Positions 1 to 13,519 of a stretch of 64,000 nucleotides of DNA are shown one piece after another; the stretch's first letter is position 1; each line of letters opens with the position of its first letter. Below the pieces are notes generated by a model. The model was not told where the DNA came from and searched no databases. It saw nothing but the letters and a program-made list of their open reading frames with translations. A program made the translations under genes and the position numbers. The DNA is taken from assembly GCF_964194155.1 (NCBI RefSeq), contig NC_135881.1, positions 30,070,001 to 30,134,000 of the forward strand, written 5' to 3'. The DNA is from Cetorhinus maximus (lineage: Eukaryota).

Positions 1-43
1 GGCTGAATGGCCCCTTTCAGTGCTGTAATGACAATGACTCCAT

Positions 44-1278
44 GGCGGAATTGTCTAAGAATTGCACAGTGTGGGAGCGGGCATGAAAAACGACGTTTTA
101 CCCGCCGGCCTCAATGGCAGGTTTTCACGCCGTACGGCCCACTTCCCATCTCATTAATTATGCAGCCACAGGATACACACTGTCTCGCTGGCGGGCAGCC
201 CCTGAATTGCCCGCCACACCATTACCTCACCGTTTCCTCACTCCAGGTGCCATATTTAAACTGCAGCCGTGCGCACAGTTGTCAATGCTTGCAGCCTAGG
301 ACTGCTCCAGTAAAGACCTGGCCCTGAAAGCCAAGAAGAGTTCAATGAACCATCACTGGAATGCCTTTTGGAGGCCCAGCATGATGCCCTCCAGCCCCTC
401 TGGCCACAGGAGGTCCAGCAACCCCAGCACCCTGGCTTAGAAGGTGGTAGTCAGCGCCAATGCTGCACAGAAGAAGTTGACTATCCAGTGCAGAAAGAGG
501 ATGAATGATTTCATCTGTGCTGCCATGGTAAGGCAACCATCTTATCACTCTAGACTCACACACTCATGAAGTAATCACACACTCACTGACATCTCACTCA
601 CTGCCAGCTCAAGGATCATCACCACTCTCTCTCTCACACACACCCTCACATCTCCATCTGGCCTCATCTCCTCTGGAAACTGCCTCCTCAGCCCTCAACG
701 CCTTGAAGCCACTTGCACAGATCAACATGTGCCCCCACACACACCCTGGGATACCCCTCTTTCCCAGTAGAACTTCTCCCCCTTCCCCAAACAAGCTCTA
801 GTCCTGCAGCCATTGAAAAGTTCCCACCGCCTTACGGCCGGTCTGATAGATACAGACCTGCCCATGAGTCCCCCTAAGAGTGGTGTGGTGCTGTCTGTGA
901 AGCCTGATGACTGCGAGCGCTGCCCGAAGCAAGGTAGGTAATGCAAACCTCGAAGGACCAAGTGAAGTGCAGCTCGCCAGGTGCATGTCACTTATGGACA
1001 GTTGTGAAACACCTTGGTGTGCAATCACACTGACATGCCCGGATGACCCAGCTTTGGGGGATGATTCCGGCGAGCGGGATGCTAAACAAGATGCTAAAGT
1101 ATTGCAATTAGGTTCCCGACATGCGGCGGCAGGAAATGCAGCCCGCCACTGACAGGTGGAGCCGACAATCGCAAACTGGTTTCACGACGGTGTAAAACCG
1201 ATTTTTGGCCTTCTCGCCAAATTGTCCACTCACACCAAGCAACACGGCCACCGCCAATGGGAGTGGAAAATTCCACCC
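44..1278 (+). mobile_element. Non-autonomous PIF/Harbinger element (internally deleted, Myb exon remnant)
   Basis: Ends GGCGGAATT (44) and AAAATTCCACCC (1278). The left part (TATTTAAA at 253-260, Myb exon-1 remnant ending in GTAAG near 527) resembles 4386-4950. The right ~170 bp resembles 7450-7617, 22610-22779 and 28460-28621. Confidence 0.75.
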
Positions 1279-1549
1279 TATGACTTTGGCTCCTTGATCT
1301 GAGTGCAAACCACCCAGTTAATTTCAACTTTCTTTTTTGACTAGTATTTTACACTCATTCAATGCTGCTGCTTCCTTTGCCCCTTGCTGCAAGGAACTGT
1401 TTAAGCACTGTGGCTCACAATGTAGGCCAGCATGATCCTTTATTATTGTGTATGGACTACCACAAAATGAGGAAACTTGCACCAGGGAGAAGCAGGAATT
1501 ATGGAATTGTACCTCATAGGAGTTAAAGCAATCACATAAAAACCAACAA

Positions 1550-4060
1550 AAGATGACCAAAAAAGTAAGAGGGAGGAAATAAACTTTGAGGGTAAACTAG
1601 CAAGTAATATAAAAACAGACAGCAAGAGCTTCTTTAAATATATAAAAAGGAAGAAAGAGGCCAAAGTGAACATAGGCCCCTTAGAGAATGAGGCTGGGGA
1701 AATAATAATGGGGAACCAGTAAATGGCAGAGGAGTTGAATAAACACTTTCCATCAGTCTTCATGGTAGAAGACACTAATAGCATTCCAAAAATACTAACT
1801 AATCAATGGGCAAAAGGTGGGGGGGGGTGGGGAATAAATACAGTAGCTATCATAGAGAAAAAGTACTAGGGAAACTAATGGGGCTAAAGGCTGATAAGTC
1901 CCCTGGACCTCAAAGGTTGCATCCTAGGATATTAAAGGAAGTAGCTACAGAGACAGTGGATGCACTGGTGGTAATCTTCCAAGGGCCCTTAGATTCTGGA
2001 AAGTCCCAGAGGAATGGAGGACAGCCAATGTAACAACCTTATTCAAAAAGGGAGAGAGACAAGAAACAGGTAACTATAGGCCAGTTAGCTTAACATCTGT
2101 CATTGGAAATATGTTAGAGTCTATTATAAAGCCTTTAGAAATGCATAATATAATCAAGCAGAGTCAGCATGGCTTTATGAAGGGGAAGTCATGCTTTAAA
2201 AAATTATTAAAATTCTTTGTGGAGGTAAAAGCAGGATAGATAAAGGGGAACCAGTAGATGTAATATATTTAAATTTTCAAAAGGCATTCTATAAGGTACC
2301 GCACGTAAGGCTACTTAATAAGATAAGAGCCCATGTGGTTGTGGGTAGTATATTAGCATGGACAGAGGATTGGCTAACTAGTAGAAGACAGAGAGTTGGG
2401 ATAAGGAGGGCATTTTCAGGATGGCAACCTGTAACTAGTGGAGTGCCACAGGGATCACTGCTGGGGCCACAATTATTTACAATATATATTAATGACTTGG
2501 ATGAGGGAAGTGAATGTACTATCGCCAAGTTTGTGGATGACACAAAAATAGGTGGGAAGGCAAGGGGTGAGGATGACACAAGGGGCAGAATTTTCTGCCT
2601 GCCAGGCGGGTGGGCCGGACCCAATCTCCGGCGGGCAGGGAGATGATCCCCGCCAGAGAAGTGGGCCCCACCACCATTTAGGTGGGCGGGCCAATTAAGG
2701 CCCGCCCAACGTGACGTGTGGCGGGAAGTGCTATGCCCTTCCTGTGCGGCCGGAGGGGGAATTCCCCAAAATCGAGAGTGCGCTCTTTCGCGCATGCGCA
2801 CGAAAGAGCGCACATCTCCCTGAGGCTAAGTGCTGCCTCAGGGAGATCGCTGACAGTTCTAAAAAGATTAAAAACAGAAAAAAAATTCCCTAACATGTCC
2901 CCCTCACGTGACAATGTCACATGAGATGGGACATGTTCATAATTTACATAATAAGTTTATTAGGCTTTTTTAAACCCTACATGAAACCTCATCCCGCCAG
3001 TGGATGAGGTTTCATGTTTTTTCTATTGCCCGCCAATTGGCCATTGACAGGCTGGCGGGCCCACAGCTGATTTGGCTGTGCCCCCACCTTCGTGAAAATT
3101 TAAATGGGGCAGGATGACATCGGGGGTTCCGCCCAACATCATCCCGTGTCATTTTACGCTTCGGTGAGTGGGCCCCGCCCCCTGCTTGCCGACGGCAAAA
3201 TTCTGCCCGAGGAGTCTACAAAGGGATATAGACAGGTTAAGTGAGTGGGCAAAAACTTGGCAAATGGAATGTAATGTGAGGTTATGCACTTTGGCAGGAA
3301 GAATAGAGAAGCTGAATATTATTTAAATTGAGAAAGACTACAGAAAGCTGCAGCACAAAGGGATTTGGGGGTCCTTGTGCATGAATCACAGAAAGCTAGC
3401 ATACAAATTCAACAGGTAATAGGGAAGGCAAATGGAATGTTGGCCTTTATTTCAAAGGGAATGGAGTAAAAAAATAGGGAAGTCTTGTTAAAACTATACA
3501 AGGCACTAGTTAGACCACACCTAGAATACTGTGAACAGTTTTGGTCCCTTACCTAAGGAAAGATATATTGGCATTGGAGGCAGTCCAGAGAAGGTTCACT
3601 AGGTTGATCCTGTGTATGGAAGCATTTCCTTATGAGGAGAGGTTGAATAGGTTGGGCCTGTATCCATTGGCATTTAGAAGAATGAGAGGCGAACTTATTG
3701 AAACATATAAGATTCTTAGGGGGCTTGACAGGGTAGATGCTGAGAAGTTGTTTCCCCTTGTGGGAGTCTAGGACCAGAGGGCATAATCTCAGAGTAAGGG
3801 GTTGCCTAATTAAGACAGAGATGAGGAGGAATTTCTTCTGTCAGCGGGTAGTCAATATGTGGAATTCTTTACCTCAGAGGGCTGTAGAGGCTGGGCTGTT
3901 ACGTATATTCAAGGCTGAGACAGACAAATTTTTAATCAGTAAGGGAATGAAGGGTAATGGGGAAAAGGCAGGAAAGTGGAGTTGAGGGTGATTAGATCAG
4001 CTGTGATCTCATTGAATGGCAGAGCAGACTCAATGGGCCGAAAGGTCTACTTCTGCTTCA
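1550..4060 (+). mobile_element. CR1 LINE, 5'-truncated, decayed ORF2, interrupted by a MITE
   Basis: ORF2 motifs [55 protein letters not shown], followed by a CR1 3' tail. Several stops and frameshifts. Confidence 0.92.
2583..3208. mobile_element. Harbinger-type MITE (626 bp) inserted in CR1 ORF2
   Basis: Perfect 12-bp TIR GGGCAGAATTTT/AAAATTCTGCCC with 3-bp flanks AAG/GAG. Removing the MITE plus 3 bp restores the CR1 frame EDDTRSLQRDIDRLSEW. Confidence 0.9.
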
Positions 4061-4385
4061 GCAGATGCTCTTCATATAATCCTTTGAGAAGGTTCAGGGT
4101 TTCCTGCAAGGAATTTCTGAGGACTTGGCGCTGCTCAAATATCTTTGTTGGCATATTGTGTGGGTTAGAAACCTTCAGTGCACCGTGGAACAAGTGTCGA
4201 TTTCAAGGTTTCCTGTGTAGCAGTACTGGTGTAGTGTTGAGATTGCCTACGCAGTGTGCATCACAAGCGAGACCTTGCTCCCCAGTTTACAGGTGGCTTT
4301 CACTTCTGGTTTACAGAGACTTGAGAAAGCCTTAATGGCTTCAAGTTCTTTAATGACCAATAATCTGATCCTGTTCAATAACATA

Positions 4386-7300
4386 GGGTGGAATCGGCTC
4401 AGGTTTTCATTAAGTTTGGTCACGGGCGGGAAAAATAACATTTTACCTGCCAGTCGTAATGGGGGCTTTTCATGCCGGATCGTCCCAATCCCACCTCATT
4501 AATCATGCATTCCCGGGAAACACGCCGGGTTACTGACAGGGCGTCCTCTTATTCACTCACCCTGCCATCACATCAGACCTTCAGTAAACTGGGCGCCATA
4601 TTTAAAGGCCAGCCCTGCAAAGAGATAGCACTCTTCAAGGGATAGGAAGCTGCTGCAATGTTATGGCTGCCAAAGGGAGGAAATATGTTGCCCCCAGATT
4701 GAGCGATGCCTCCCTCAAGCGCCTACTGGACACAGTGCAGGCCCACCACAAATTCCTCTGGGCAAAGGGCAGCAAACAAGGTCACCAATCCAGCATGAGA
4801 GGCGGTGGCAGCGGTGGTCAGTGCCAACATGCTGCAAAAGAGGACAGCCACCCAGTGCAGAAAGAGGGCGAATGGCCTCATCTGTTCCGCCAGCGTAAGT
4901 CACTCTTCTCATCACTCTCAACTCACACACTCAGACCCATCACGCATCCACAGGGATCTCACACTTCAAGGGACAACACCACTAACTCTCTCACACACAG
5001 AGTCAGGCTCATATCCTATCAAATTCTCATCCGTCCATGGCGCCACTCACAACACAAACATTCCATGCAGCACCACGTGACTGACAATGGCAGGGAGAGG
5101 GCCCAGACCGGTGTTGGAGTGGCCCACATTAGGCGCCTCACTCATTCTGAGGCTCGTGCAATCGTGCTGACTGATGAGGATGTGGACGGTGCCTGCAGCG
5201 ATGATGAGGTCGGCGGCGAACACCCACATACGGATCCTGCACCAGGTTATCCCTCTCTCAACACAACTGTGAGTGCTCTCTCTCCTGCTTTTGACTTTGC
5301 TGTCATGCACCAATTATCTCTGCTTTGGTTCACAGGGAGCTCTGCCAAGCAACTGACGCCCTCAGCCAGCCAGTCCCTCAGCTCCATCCAGGCCCTCACC
5401 TTCAACCAAGAGGACACCTCCTCTAATGAAGAGCTGGAAATAAACAGCCTGGATGATCAGTCACAGCCCTTACTCACACTGTCCACCAGCGCAGAGACAC
5501 ACACCTCGGTGGGACCTAGATCTAGAGCAGGGTCAGATTCACAATCTGGTGGCCACTGCATGGACATATATCCGCAGCAGGAGGAGGCAGGTTCAGCCGA
5601 GTGCCACGGTACTCGAGGGACTGCTGGGGAAGATGCATTTGCGAGGTCTGAGTCAGACGATGACCCTCTGGATTCGGTCTTCCACCTCATCGTGGAGAGT
5701 CAGCAGAAGGCGGGAAAACATCACGCAGGGAGCTGTTGGAAGTGCTCAAAAGAGTGTCCCGCAAGTCAGAGCAGTCCATATGCCTGCTCTCTGATGAAGT
5801 GGTGTCTACATGTGCGCGTATGAAGGTCTCCATGGGAAGAGTGGTGACGCCATGGAGACCCTCATGCAGCAGGACGTGGAGATGTGCGTAGACCATCGCA
5901 GTAGCCATGGGTGACTTCCTGTATTGGCAACGCGAGAGAGAAACGGGGTGCCTTGGCATCCCTCCAGTTGCCCCTTCCTCTCAAGGAGTCAGGCCGGGGC
6001 CCTCTGGCACCTGAAGGAAGGAGGAGCAGCAGCTGGACTCCAGTAAGGAACCTCAGAGGCTGTCCTCTCCCCCTCAGTCCCCTTTGCCTGTGACCCCCTC
6101 AACCTCGTCCCCTGTCACTGCAGAGGAAGCAGCTGGGCCACAGGAGGACAGCCAAAGCAAGCAAGGGCCCCCAAAGCCTTGGCTCTCCAGAGGATGCATG
6201 CCAAAGTCATCAGAAGCAACAGGGCCAACCATTGCACAGGCTGTCTCCACCCCTGCTGCGGATGTCAGGGCAGCAACTAGAAGTTTTAGGCCTAGAAAAG
6301 TTAAGAAATTCTGATCACGTGGTTGCACGGGTGAACACATTTTGTCAATTTATAATCTGAAAATATATTCACTTTCACTGAATAATTTGTAATGGTATCA
6401 TTCAGCTTCATTGACAGGCTTCGCGAGACCTCCCAATGCATCCCCAGCCCTCCCCTGCCCCCCTTCACTAGCAGTTCAGCTGTATGCAGCTGGACCATGA
6501 GTGATTCTGGAGGGAGGAGTGTGTGTGGCAGGGCCTTTTGGAGTCTTGTGCAAGCACTCTCCCACACACGCGGAGCATTCCTCTATCACTCTCATCTCAA
6601 TGTCCTGAGCATTTTCAATGCTGCCTGCTGGGGTTCTCTTACAGTTGTCCATCTGAGTTGACCTGCATCTCCGCCCACCCACTGACCACACTCCCATGCA
6701 GCACCTGTTCCTGTCCAGCATGAGGCTCCGCTCACTTTCAGCTTAGAAGAATGGTGCTGGCATAATTTGTCTTCAGCTGCCCCGTCCTTTCCACTCCCCC
6801 AGTCTTTTCCCCCATCACTGTCGACCCCTGGCATCACCTTCCACCTCCCTGCCAGAACCTTTTTCTTTTGGGGTTGTCCAGGTGAACGAGCATGTTCCCT
6901 AACTTCCCGAATATCCCACCCCATCCACATTTGCCTCCAGACCTCCTCCTCCCCACTCCCAGTGTCAATGTCTGCCTCCCTCGCCATCCCAACATCACCT
7001 CCTGACACCATTGTTTCCCACTCCAAACTTACCCCTCCCCCGACACACCTCCCTCTCCCATTCAAACCTACGTCTTCCTCTCCACCCCCTCGTCGATCAT
7101 CTGTTGTAGACCACGGACAAGAAACTAATGCCCTGAAGCAGACCCACAAAGGTGACCTTCCACCTTCCGTGTGATGCTTCACGGCCTAGCCATGTCCATG
7201 AGAATCCACCCAGCATGCGATGCACGTTCCTGTAAGATCCTGTTGCTCTAAGCTCCAGCATCTTCTGCTCCTCAGACGACTGCGATTTGAGCAACGCCCT

Positions 7301-7617
7301 GACGGTAAGTCCTGACTTCTGCATGTCACACTTGTCAAGACTCGTTCCGCACCGGCCTGTTTCCCTGCTGACGTGGGCGGTGAATTTGACATGGGGGGGA
7401 TGATTCCAGCAAGCTGGGCTTATAATGATATGCAGATGTATTAAAATGAAGTTGCTGACGTGCAGCGGCAGGAAATGTGGCCCGCTGCTGACGGGCGGAG
7501 CAGACGATTGCAAACTGGTTTCACATCATCGTGAAACCGATTTTTGGCCTTCCCGCCATATTGCCTGCTCATGCCCGCCCTGACGCCCAACGCCAATGGG
7601 CACAGAAAATTCCACCC
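4386..7617 (+). mobile_element. PIF/Harbinger element carrying the Myb/SANT gene, no recognisable transposase
   Basis: TIR GGGTGGAAT (4386) and ATTCCACCC (7617). Internal Myb/SANT-like gene. Right end shared with the transposase-bearing copies. Confidence 0.8.
4663..6314 (+). pseudogene. Harbinger Myb/SANT-like DNA-binding protein gene (NAIF1/MSANTD-like), spliced, frameshifted
   Basis: Reads APRLSDASLKRLLDTV, then after a frameshift AAVVSAN..KRTATQCRKRANGL. A phase-0 GT-AG intron at 4895-5070 joins to ..NGRERAQTGVG..LTHSEARA. Basic C-terminus RPRKVKKF* ends at 6314. TATTTAAA at 4599-4606. Confidence 0.75.
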
Positions 7618-8799
7618 GAAGGATGGCCAGCAACTGTAGTGTGGAGAGTGGAGAGACACAAGAGGACTTCACCATCCCGGGTGAGGGTCTTTCTATCCTT
7701 CTTTTGTAGGCCCAACAGAGAACTGCAGAACAGGTAAGTCAAGGACATCAACAGCCGAGCAATGCAGACACTGAGGGGTTGGCAATAATGGCAAGGCCAT
7801 CTCAACATTAAAACAGAAAGTGACATTTCCTGCAGGCAGGGTGTCAACTGTGGATCAGCAGCATAATATCATACTTGCTCTTCCAATTGCTGTTGGCAAG
7901 TGGAAGGACCAGGAGCATAGCAAGTAGAAAACACACACCCTGCACTATCAGCAAGGATGTACCAGGGAAACGAACACTGATGCAGAGACACACATAGGGC
8001 ACGGGAAACATTTGAGAAATAAAATTGGGAATCAGGGCCATCCTAACCAGTGCATTACAGAGGGAAATTTAAAACTGCTTATGGAGGTCCTCATGGTTCT
8101 GGCTTTAAGACAAAGTCCTGTCAAGCACTCCTGAATGCATCAGCCCATGTTGGCATGCATCACCTTTATCCATTGCACCCCCCCCGCCCCTCCCCCCGCC
8201 ACCACACACCACCCCAACCTTCTTCCTTCTCCTCCACAGTTACATGTTCTCTTCTACAGCTTGAATGGATTTCCACACTCTGATTGGAAAAGTTGAGCAG
8301 CACATAGCAGACATAGATGGTCATCAACAATTTTCAAGTCAGATATCAGAAGCGTTGCTTTAACACCTAAATCAAATGTTTCATCAGGAGGAGGCATGCG
8401 CGACATTTCTGGTCACCCTCAGTATGAGGTTTCTGACTGATGTCAATAGAATAGAAAGCCTGATCCCTCAGGATCTCCAGTTTTGCCTTTTCCTCAAGAG
8501 TTGTACCATCACAAGGTGGTACATCATCAGTGCTGGGATATTTTATAGCCATGCGCATTATTCTGTTGTGATGGTTCAAGATTACCTACACACTGAGCTA
8601 ATGAAATCTTTTACCTTCCATATACTCCAGAGATGGCTTTGTGGGTCTTACTGATGAGATCCTGTACCGTGGGGAATCAGCCACCTAGCAGAAGTGCTGC
8701 CATTACATTGAATTATCTTTTCCTTTAAAATAACGAACACATTGGCCACAATATTAACCACCAAACCCCAGCCACAAGGGAGGAGGTTGAGAGGTTTAG

Positions 8800-9640
8800 A
8801 TGCTAAAACACAGAGAATATGTCCCCAACCCACTGACACCTTCCTGTTGCAAGTGCAGGAGATGCAACACCTTCTTTTTCACTTCCTCCCTTCTCTCAGT
8901 CCAAGGCCCCAGGCACTCTTTCCAGATGAAAGAGCCATTTACTTGTGCTTTTTTTCAATGCTCTATTTGCTGTTCATGACGTGATCGCCACATTGTGCAG
9001 ACCAAAGGGAAACTGGCCAAACATGTCTGTACAGTTCACAAGTGTGACTCCAGGCTTCTGATCACCTGTCATTTAAATTTTCTGTGCCACTCTCATTCTG
9101 ACCTCAGCACCCTACACCGTTCCAATGAAGCTCAACACAAGCACAAAGAACAGCACCTCACCTTTTGATCAGGTACTTTACAACCTCCTGGGCTCAATAT
9201 TGACTTCAACAGTTTCAGATCATAAACCCTGCTTCCATTATTTTCCTTTTGTTCTTGTGTTTTTTTTTGTTTTCAGACAGCAGCTGTTGGTAATGGTTCT
9301 GCTTTTACACCTCTCTAGACTCACCTTTTGTTTCATTAATTGTCCCATTACCAGCCCCTTACGCCTTGAACCATCCATCCTCTTTGTCACTTAATCTCTC
9401 CTGCCTTTCCCTTATCACAAACCTTCCCTGTTTTTCTCCATCCATTCCCCACCCTATCCCTGACTCTGTATTGGCTTAAACCTGGCTTCATGTCCAACCT
9501 TTTCCAGTTCTGACGCAAGGTCATGGACATGAGGCATTAACTCTGTTTCTCGCCCCGCAGCTGCTGTATGCCTTGCTGAGCATTTTCAGTATTTTTCTGT
9601 TTTTATTTCAGATTTCCAGCATCCACAGTATTTTGCTAGT
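8800..9640 (+). mobile_element. Penelope-like element 3' fragment (degenerate GIY-YIG region and tail)
   Basis: Colinear similarity to 33000-33907 (TGCAACACC, CCAAGGCCCC..CACTCTTTCCA, GAACAGCACCTCA) and the same terminal module including a degenerate hammerhead core at 9510. Confidence 0.7.
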
Positions 9641-10353
9641 GCGTCTGATTGTCTTCTTGGTCTATAATGTGATTTGCTGTATCCAAGATATCAATTTTGA
9701 ATAAAATACATTTCATTAACATCGTGTAATTCTAAAAACTTACATGCACGCAGGCAATCAGAGGTTGCAGTAAGCTATCATCCATCTAAATCTGACCTCC
9801 AATTGCCAGTATAAGCTTGCCAAGCTTAACTCAGAATTGACCAGGCATAATAAGTTAAATAATTACAGTAGGTAAAATAATACCCTCAAGGGGACTTTTA
9901 AGTGCTGGAACCAATTTGGAAGCAGTTAAACGTAAAATGAAATCTCAATTTGACTTTGATCTAGCATATCTGTGTCACTCTGTCCATCTTATACTAAAGG
10001 ATCTGTATGGCTTAATTAGGCATTGTCAGTGGTGGGGATGATTAGCATTATAATCCATACCACCAATAAGCAATTATCTCTAAAATGGCACTCCTGTGTC
10101 TCTCCCAGGGTCACCAGTTTTGAGGTGGGTGTGTTCAGCAGACTTCCAGCTGTCGGTTCTTACCCATTTGATACCTGACCCCTTTTTTTCAGGCAGCATA
10201 TGTGGTGCAGCGATAAACGCGATGAGCTCACTTTCACATCTGTCACTCCAGCTGACCTGGAGGCAGGATGGGGGAGAGAGGCAGGACCAGCTGGATTAGT
10301 TTCAAAAATGTGGACTATTATCTTTCTGAAATGCCACTTCCATGAGAAAGTAG

Positions 10354-10481
10354 GGGCGGAATTTCACGGCTCCATCGCGGCAGGGGGCCAGGTCGTAAAA
10401 TGCAGCGAGCCGTTCAAAAGTCCATTGACTTTGGCGGGATCGGAAAATCCCATTGGCAGGAGGGGTCGTAAAATTCCGCCC
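10354..10481. mobile_element. Short Harbinger-type MITE (128 bp)
   Basis: Perfect TIR GGGCGGAATTT/AAATTCCGCCC and perfect 3-bp TSD TAG (10351-10353, 10482-10484). Confidence 0.9.
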
Positions 10482-10719
10482 TAGGGGGTACAGTTAAAAT
10501 AAGCAAAGATGTGAAGTACCTTTAATAAATAAAAACAAATTTTGTATGCATATGGGTATGCACACAGGATCAGGTCTCTACATGTACCCTCTGCCTGGCA
10601 TGTGTTCACAGCAATACTTGATCTGTATACATAAGCATATTAACCCTTGTAGGCAATGGCTGCACTCCAAAAAACTTCATCTATTTTGGCACAATCACAA
10701 TTTATGTTGCATAAGAGGC

Positions 10720-11140
10720 GTACACAAACTGGAGCTGTATTCTCCGGAATTTGGATGATTAAGGAGTAATTTGATCAAAGTTTTCAAGATATCCAGGAAA
10801 ACTGAGGGTAGGTGGAAAGAAGCTGTTTACTTTGGTTGAGGAGTGTAGGACTAGAGGACATAGCCTAAAAATTAGAGCCAGGCCTTTCAGGAGTAGAGTT
10901 AGGAAATACTTGTACATCTAAAGGGTGAAAGAAGTTTGAACTCTCTTCCACAATCGACAGCTGATGCTGGGTTGCTTGTTAATTTTAAACCTGAGATTGA
11001 TGGATTTCTGTTAACTAACAATATGAAGGGATATGGGGAAAAGGAGAGCATATGGAGTTAGGTCACATATCAGCCATGATCTCATTGAGTGACAGAACAG
11101 TCTGGAGGGACAAACTAGCTATTCTTTTTCCTATTTTCCT
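10720..11140 (+). mobile_element. CR1 LINE 3' fragment
   Basis: AGGACTAGAGGACATAGCCT (TRGH motif) and 3' tail ATCAGCCATGATCTCATTGA. Confidence 0.75.
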
Positions 11141-11838
11141 AGCAGTGCTGCCTATGCATGCAGACAATGCAGAAAACTATCTTCATTGAATTGCCATAAT
11201 GGTAGCTAACACTATAAAGTGGCCATCTTCGTTCATTCATAAGTTAACTTACTGAAGCACAACCACTTTAAATGGAAACCAGGGCTCAGCAAAAACATTG
11301 TAGTAATAGGGTAAAATGAAAAACATTCACTTAAAAAGTCAACCTCTTAAATTTGCTTAATTAATGCATGTTTCTTAAGTAGTTCTGATAATTGGAAAAT
11401 CACTTAACACTGCTAAACCCTCTGTTTTAAAATTGATAACTTATGTTATTATGTCTGATTCCTCTGTGAATGGTGTCCTAGTTTCATGACTGTATTGGAT
11501 TAATTAACATCTCATGTACAAAAATGAAGGAGTTAACAAAATATATTCCAATCAAAGAAAATGGTGTTTCTTTGGTTTTGAAAGCAAATCGTGTTATAAC
11601 TTCCTATATGTTTTTGCAACAATAATATAAAATGCATTCCTGAGGCACTTAATTAGCCTCTGGATATTACTTAAATTTATGCAACCTAAAAAGCTAGAAA
11701 TTGCCAAGACTGTTTATTACAAATTAGCCATTATGCTCCTTAGTTGACTGTGATTGCTGTCTCAATGTTTGTGTAACAATACCTGTGTGAGGTATCAATA
11801 TTCTTCACATTATATGAAACCAAGCTTTAAATATTACA

Positions 11839-11971
11839 TTTCTATTTTTCCTCATTTCTATTTTTCCTTAGTTCTGATGAAGAGTCATATGCACTCAAAA
11901 GATTAACTGTATTCCTCTCCGCAGATGCTGTCAGACCTGCTGAGTTTTCCCAGCTATTTTTGTTTTTGTTT
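11839..11971 (+). mobile_element. Short Penelope-derived insert with hammerhead-like motif
   Basis: Matches the 3' end of the Penelope at 33800-33907. CTGATGA at 11874. TSD AAATATTACA/AAACATTACA (11829-11838, 11972-11981). Confidence 0.75.
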
Positions 11972-12699
11972 AAACATTACAGATTGTCTTTCCTAATTTT
12001 ATTTGACATATTTTTTATGCATAGAGACCTAGAACTTTCCTGTCCCTACATGCTTTATTAGGAGAATTATGAGATGCAAGGCAAAGCGATCTGTCATATG
12101 TAGCACATATATTATGGTGACCTTGCATATATGTTTGTAATTCGTTTTGTACTGTACTTATTAATCTGAGGAAACCTTCAAAGATAGAATAGAATACAGT
12201 GTTAACATCAAACCATCCCAAGAAAGGAAAATGAGTCTTACCTCCCACCTCAGAATTCCCGAGTGCAATTTGTGTGGAAATAGAGAAAGCTTTTACAATG
12301 CAACCCATTCAAAAACTGAATGGAGATCACCTAGAATGATTTTACACACACCTCAAATCCTTTGAACCCGCAGATAGAGGGTACTTTTAGCACAGTATTT
12401 TAAGACTGGATTTGAACTCCAGGATGAGTGTCTATTCAACTGCGCTATGAAATCATCTATGATTATCATCAAGTTACATTGAGTCTACAGAAAAGAAACA
12501 GGTCATTCAGCCCAACGGGTCTATGTTGGATTTTATGCTCCCGATGAGCATTTATGCTCCTCACAACTCCTAAAATAGTTGTTAAAAAGCAAGAAAAATA
12601 ACAATTTTAAATCTAAAAGTATATGAACTTTTTTAAAACCGTGATACTTGACTAAATTGAGTTTGGTATTGTTATATCAAGCATTACAGTAGACAAGAA

Positions 12700-12860
12700 A
12701 CAACAACTTGAATTTATATAGCACCTTTAATGTAGTAAAATGTCCCACAGCATTTCACAGATGTTATCAAAAAAATTTGACACGGAGCCAAGTAATGTGC
12801 AATTAGGGCAGGTGAGGAGATTTTTAAGAGCATCCTTAAGAGAGGCAGAGAGGGTTAGGA
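12700..12860 (-). mobile_element. L2-type LINE 3' tail fragment
   Basis: AACTTGAATTTATATAGCACCTTTAATGTAGTAAAATGTCCCA is the reverse complement of an L2-type 3' end. Similar to the tail at 45580-45720. Confidence 0.55.
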
Positions 12861-13147
12861 AGGGAATCCTAAAGCAAAGAAACACATTATGCAAAAAAAG
12901 CACTACTTTTATTCAAAATACATTTTGTTTTAGAAAAGCAACAACTTTAACGGATACCTGTACCAAGCAGCCTGACAATTCACATAATTTTGCACATGCA
13001 AACATATGGGTGAAACCTGCCATTCACACAAAACTTAACTACCATTCTGTTGGTTTTGGATTTGACCACATTAGCAATAGAAAGCGCTAAACCGTGCTTT
13101 ATTGGAGAGGAAACAGGAAATTTGGGGTAGAGTTTGTAAATGGCGTT

Positions 13148-13384
13148 TGTTAATGTTGCAAACACTGTGACAATTGAGTGCGTGCTCCAGTTGCGATTAA
13201 GAGCAGCTGATACCGATTGGGGAAATGTCACAGCACATAAATAGGAACTAGTTTTCGCCTGTGAGGAGGGAAACTGTGTGGAAGGGAAAAGTAGTCTCAG
13301 TTAAACTGGTTTCTGTGAATCTATGTCAAAGACAGACTGGCTCCAGCTTCTTCATTTACCAGATGCCTGCTCAGCATAATAACA
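13148..13384 (+). repeat. Copia 5' LTR
   Basis: TGTTAATGTTGCAAAC...ATAATAACA, alignable to 16510-16747 and followed directly by the PBS. Confidence 0.88.
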
Positions 13385-13396
13385 TGGTAGCAGAGC
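13385..13396 (+). promoter_or_regulatory. Primer-binding site, tRNA-iMet
   Basis: TGGTAGCAGAG is complementary to the 3' end of animal initiator tRNA-Met (..CTCTGCTACCA) and abuts the LTR end. Confidence 0.85.
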
Positions 13397-13519
13397 ATTA
13401 ACATCGATCTGTGGATGTGGGAGACTGAATAAGAGATTTTTGTCTCTCTCTTCTGGCAAATGTAATTCTCTGCGCAGCCTCTAGTGCAAAATGGCTGAGG
13501 CTGGAGGAAAATTCTCAAG

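Noticed and set aside
4663-5823. 386-aa ORF as an intact host gene
   Set aside because: It reads through a frameshift and an intron of a Harbinger Myb gene inside TIRs, and the Myb domain is split between frames.
7710-7733. 24-nt plus-strand micro-exon with good splice sites (TTTTGTAG|...CAG|GTAAGT)
   Set aside because: No partner exons or recognisable peptide, so it cannot be distinguished from chance.
8367-8586. Minus-strand 70-aa ORF after an AG acceptor-like site
   Set aside because: No recognisable family, weak polypyrimidine tract, and could not be joined in frame to other candidates.
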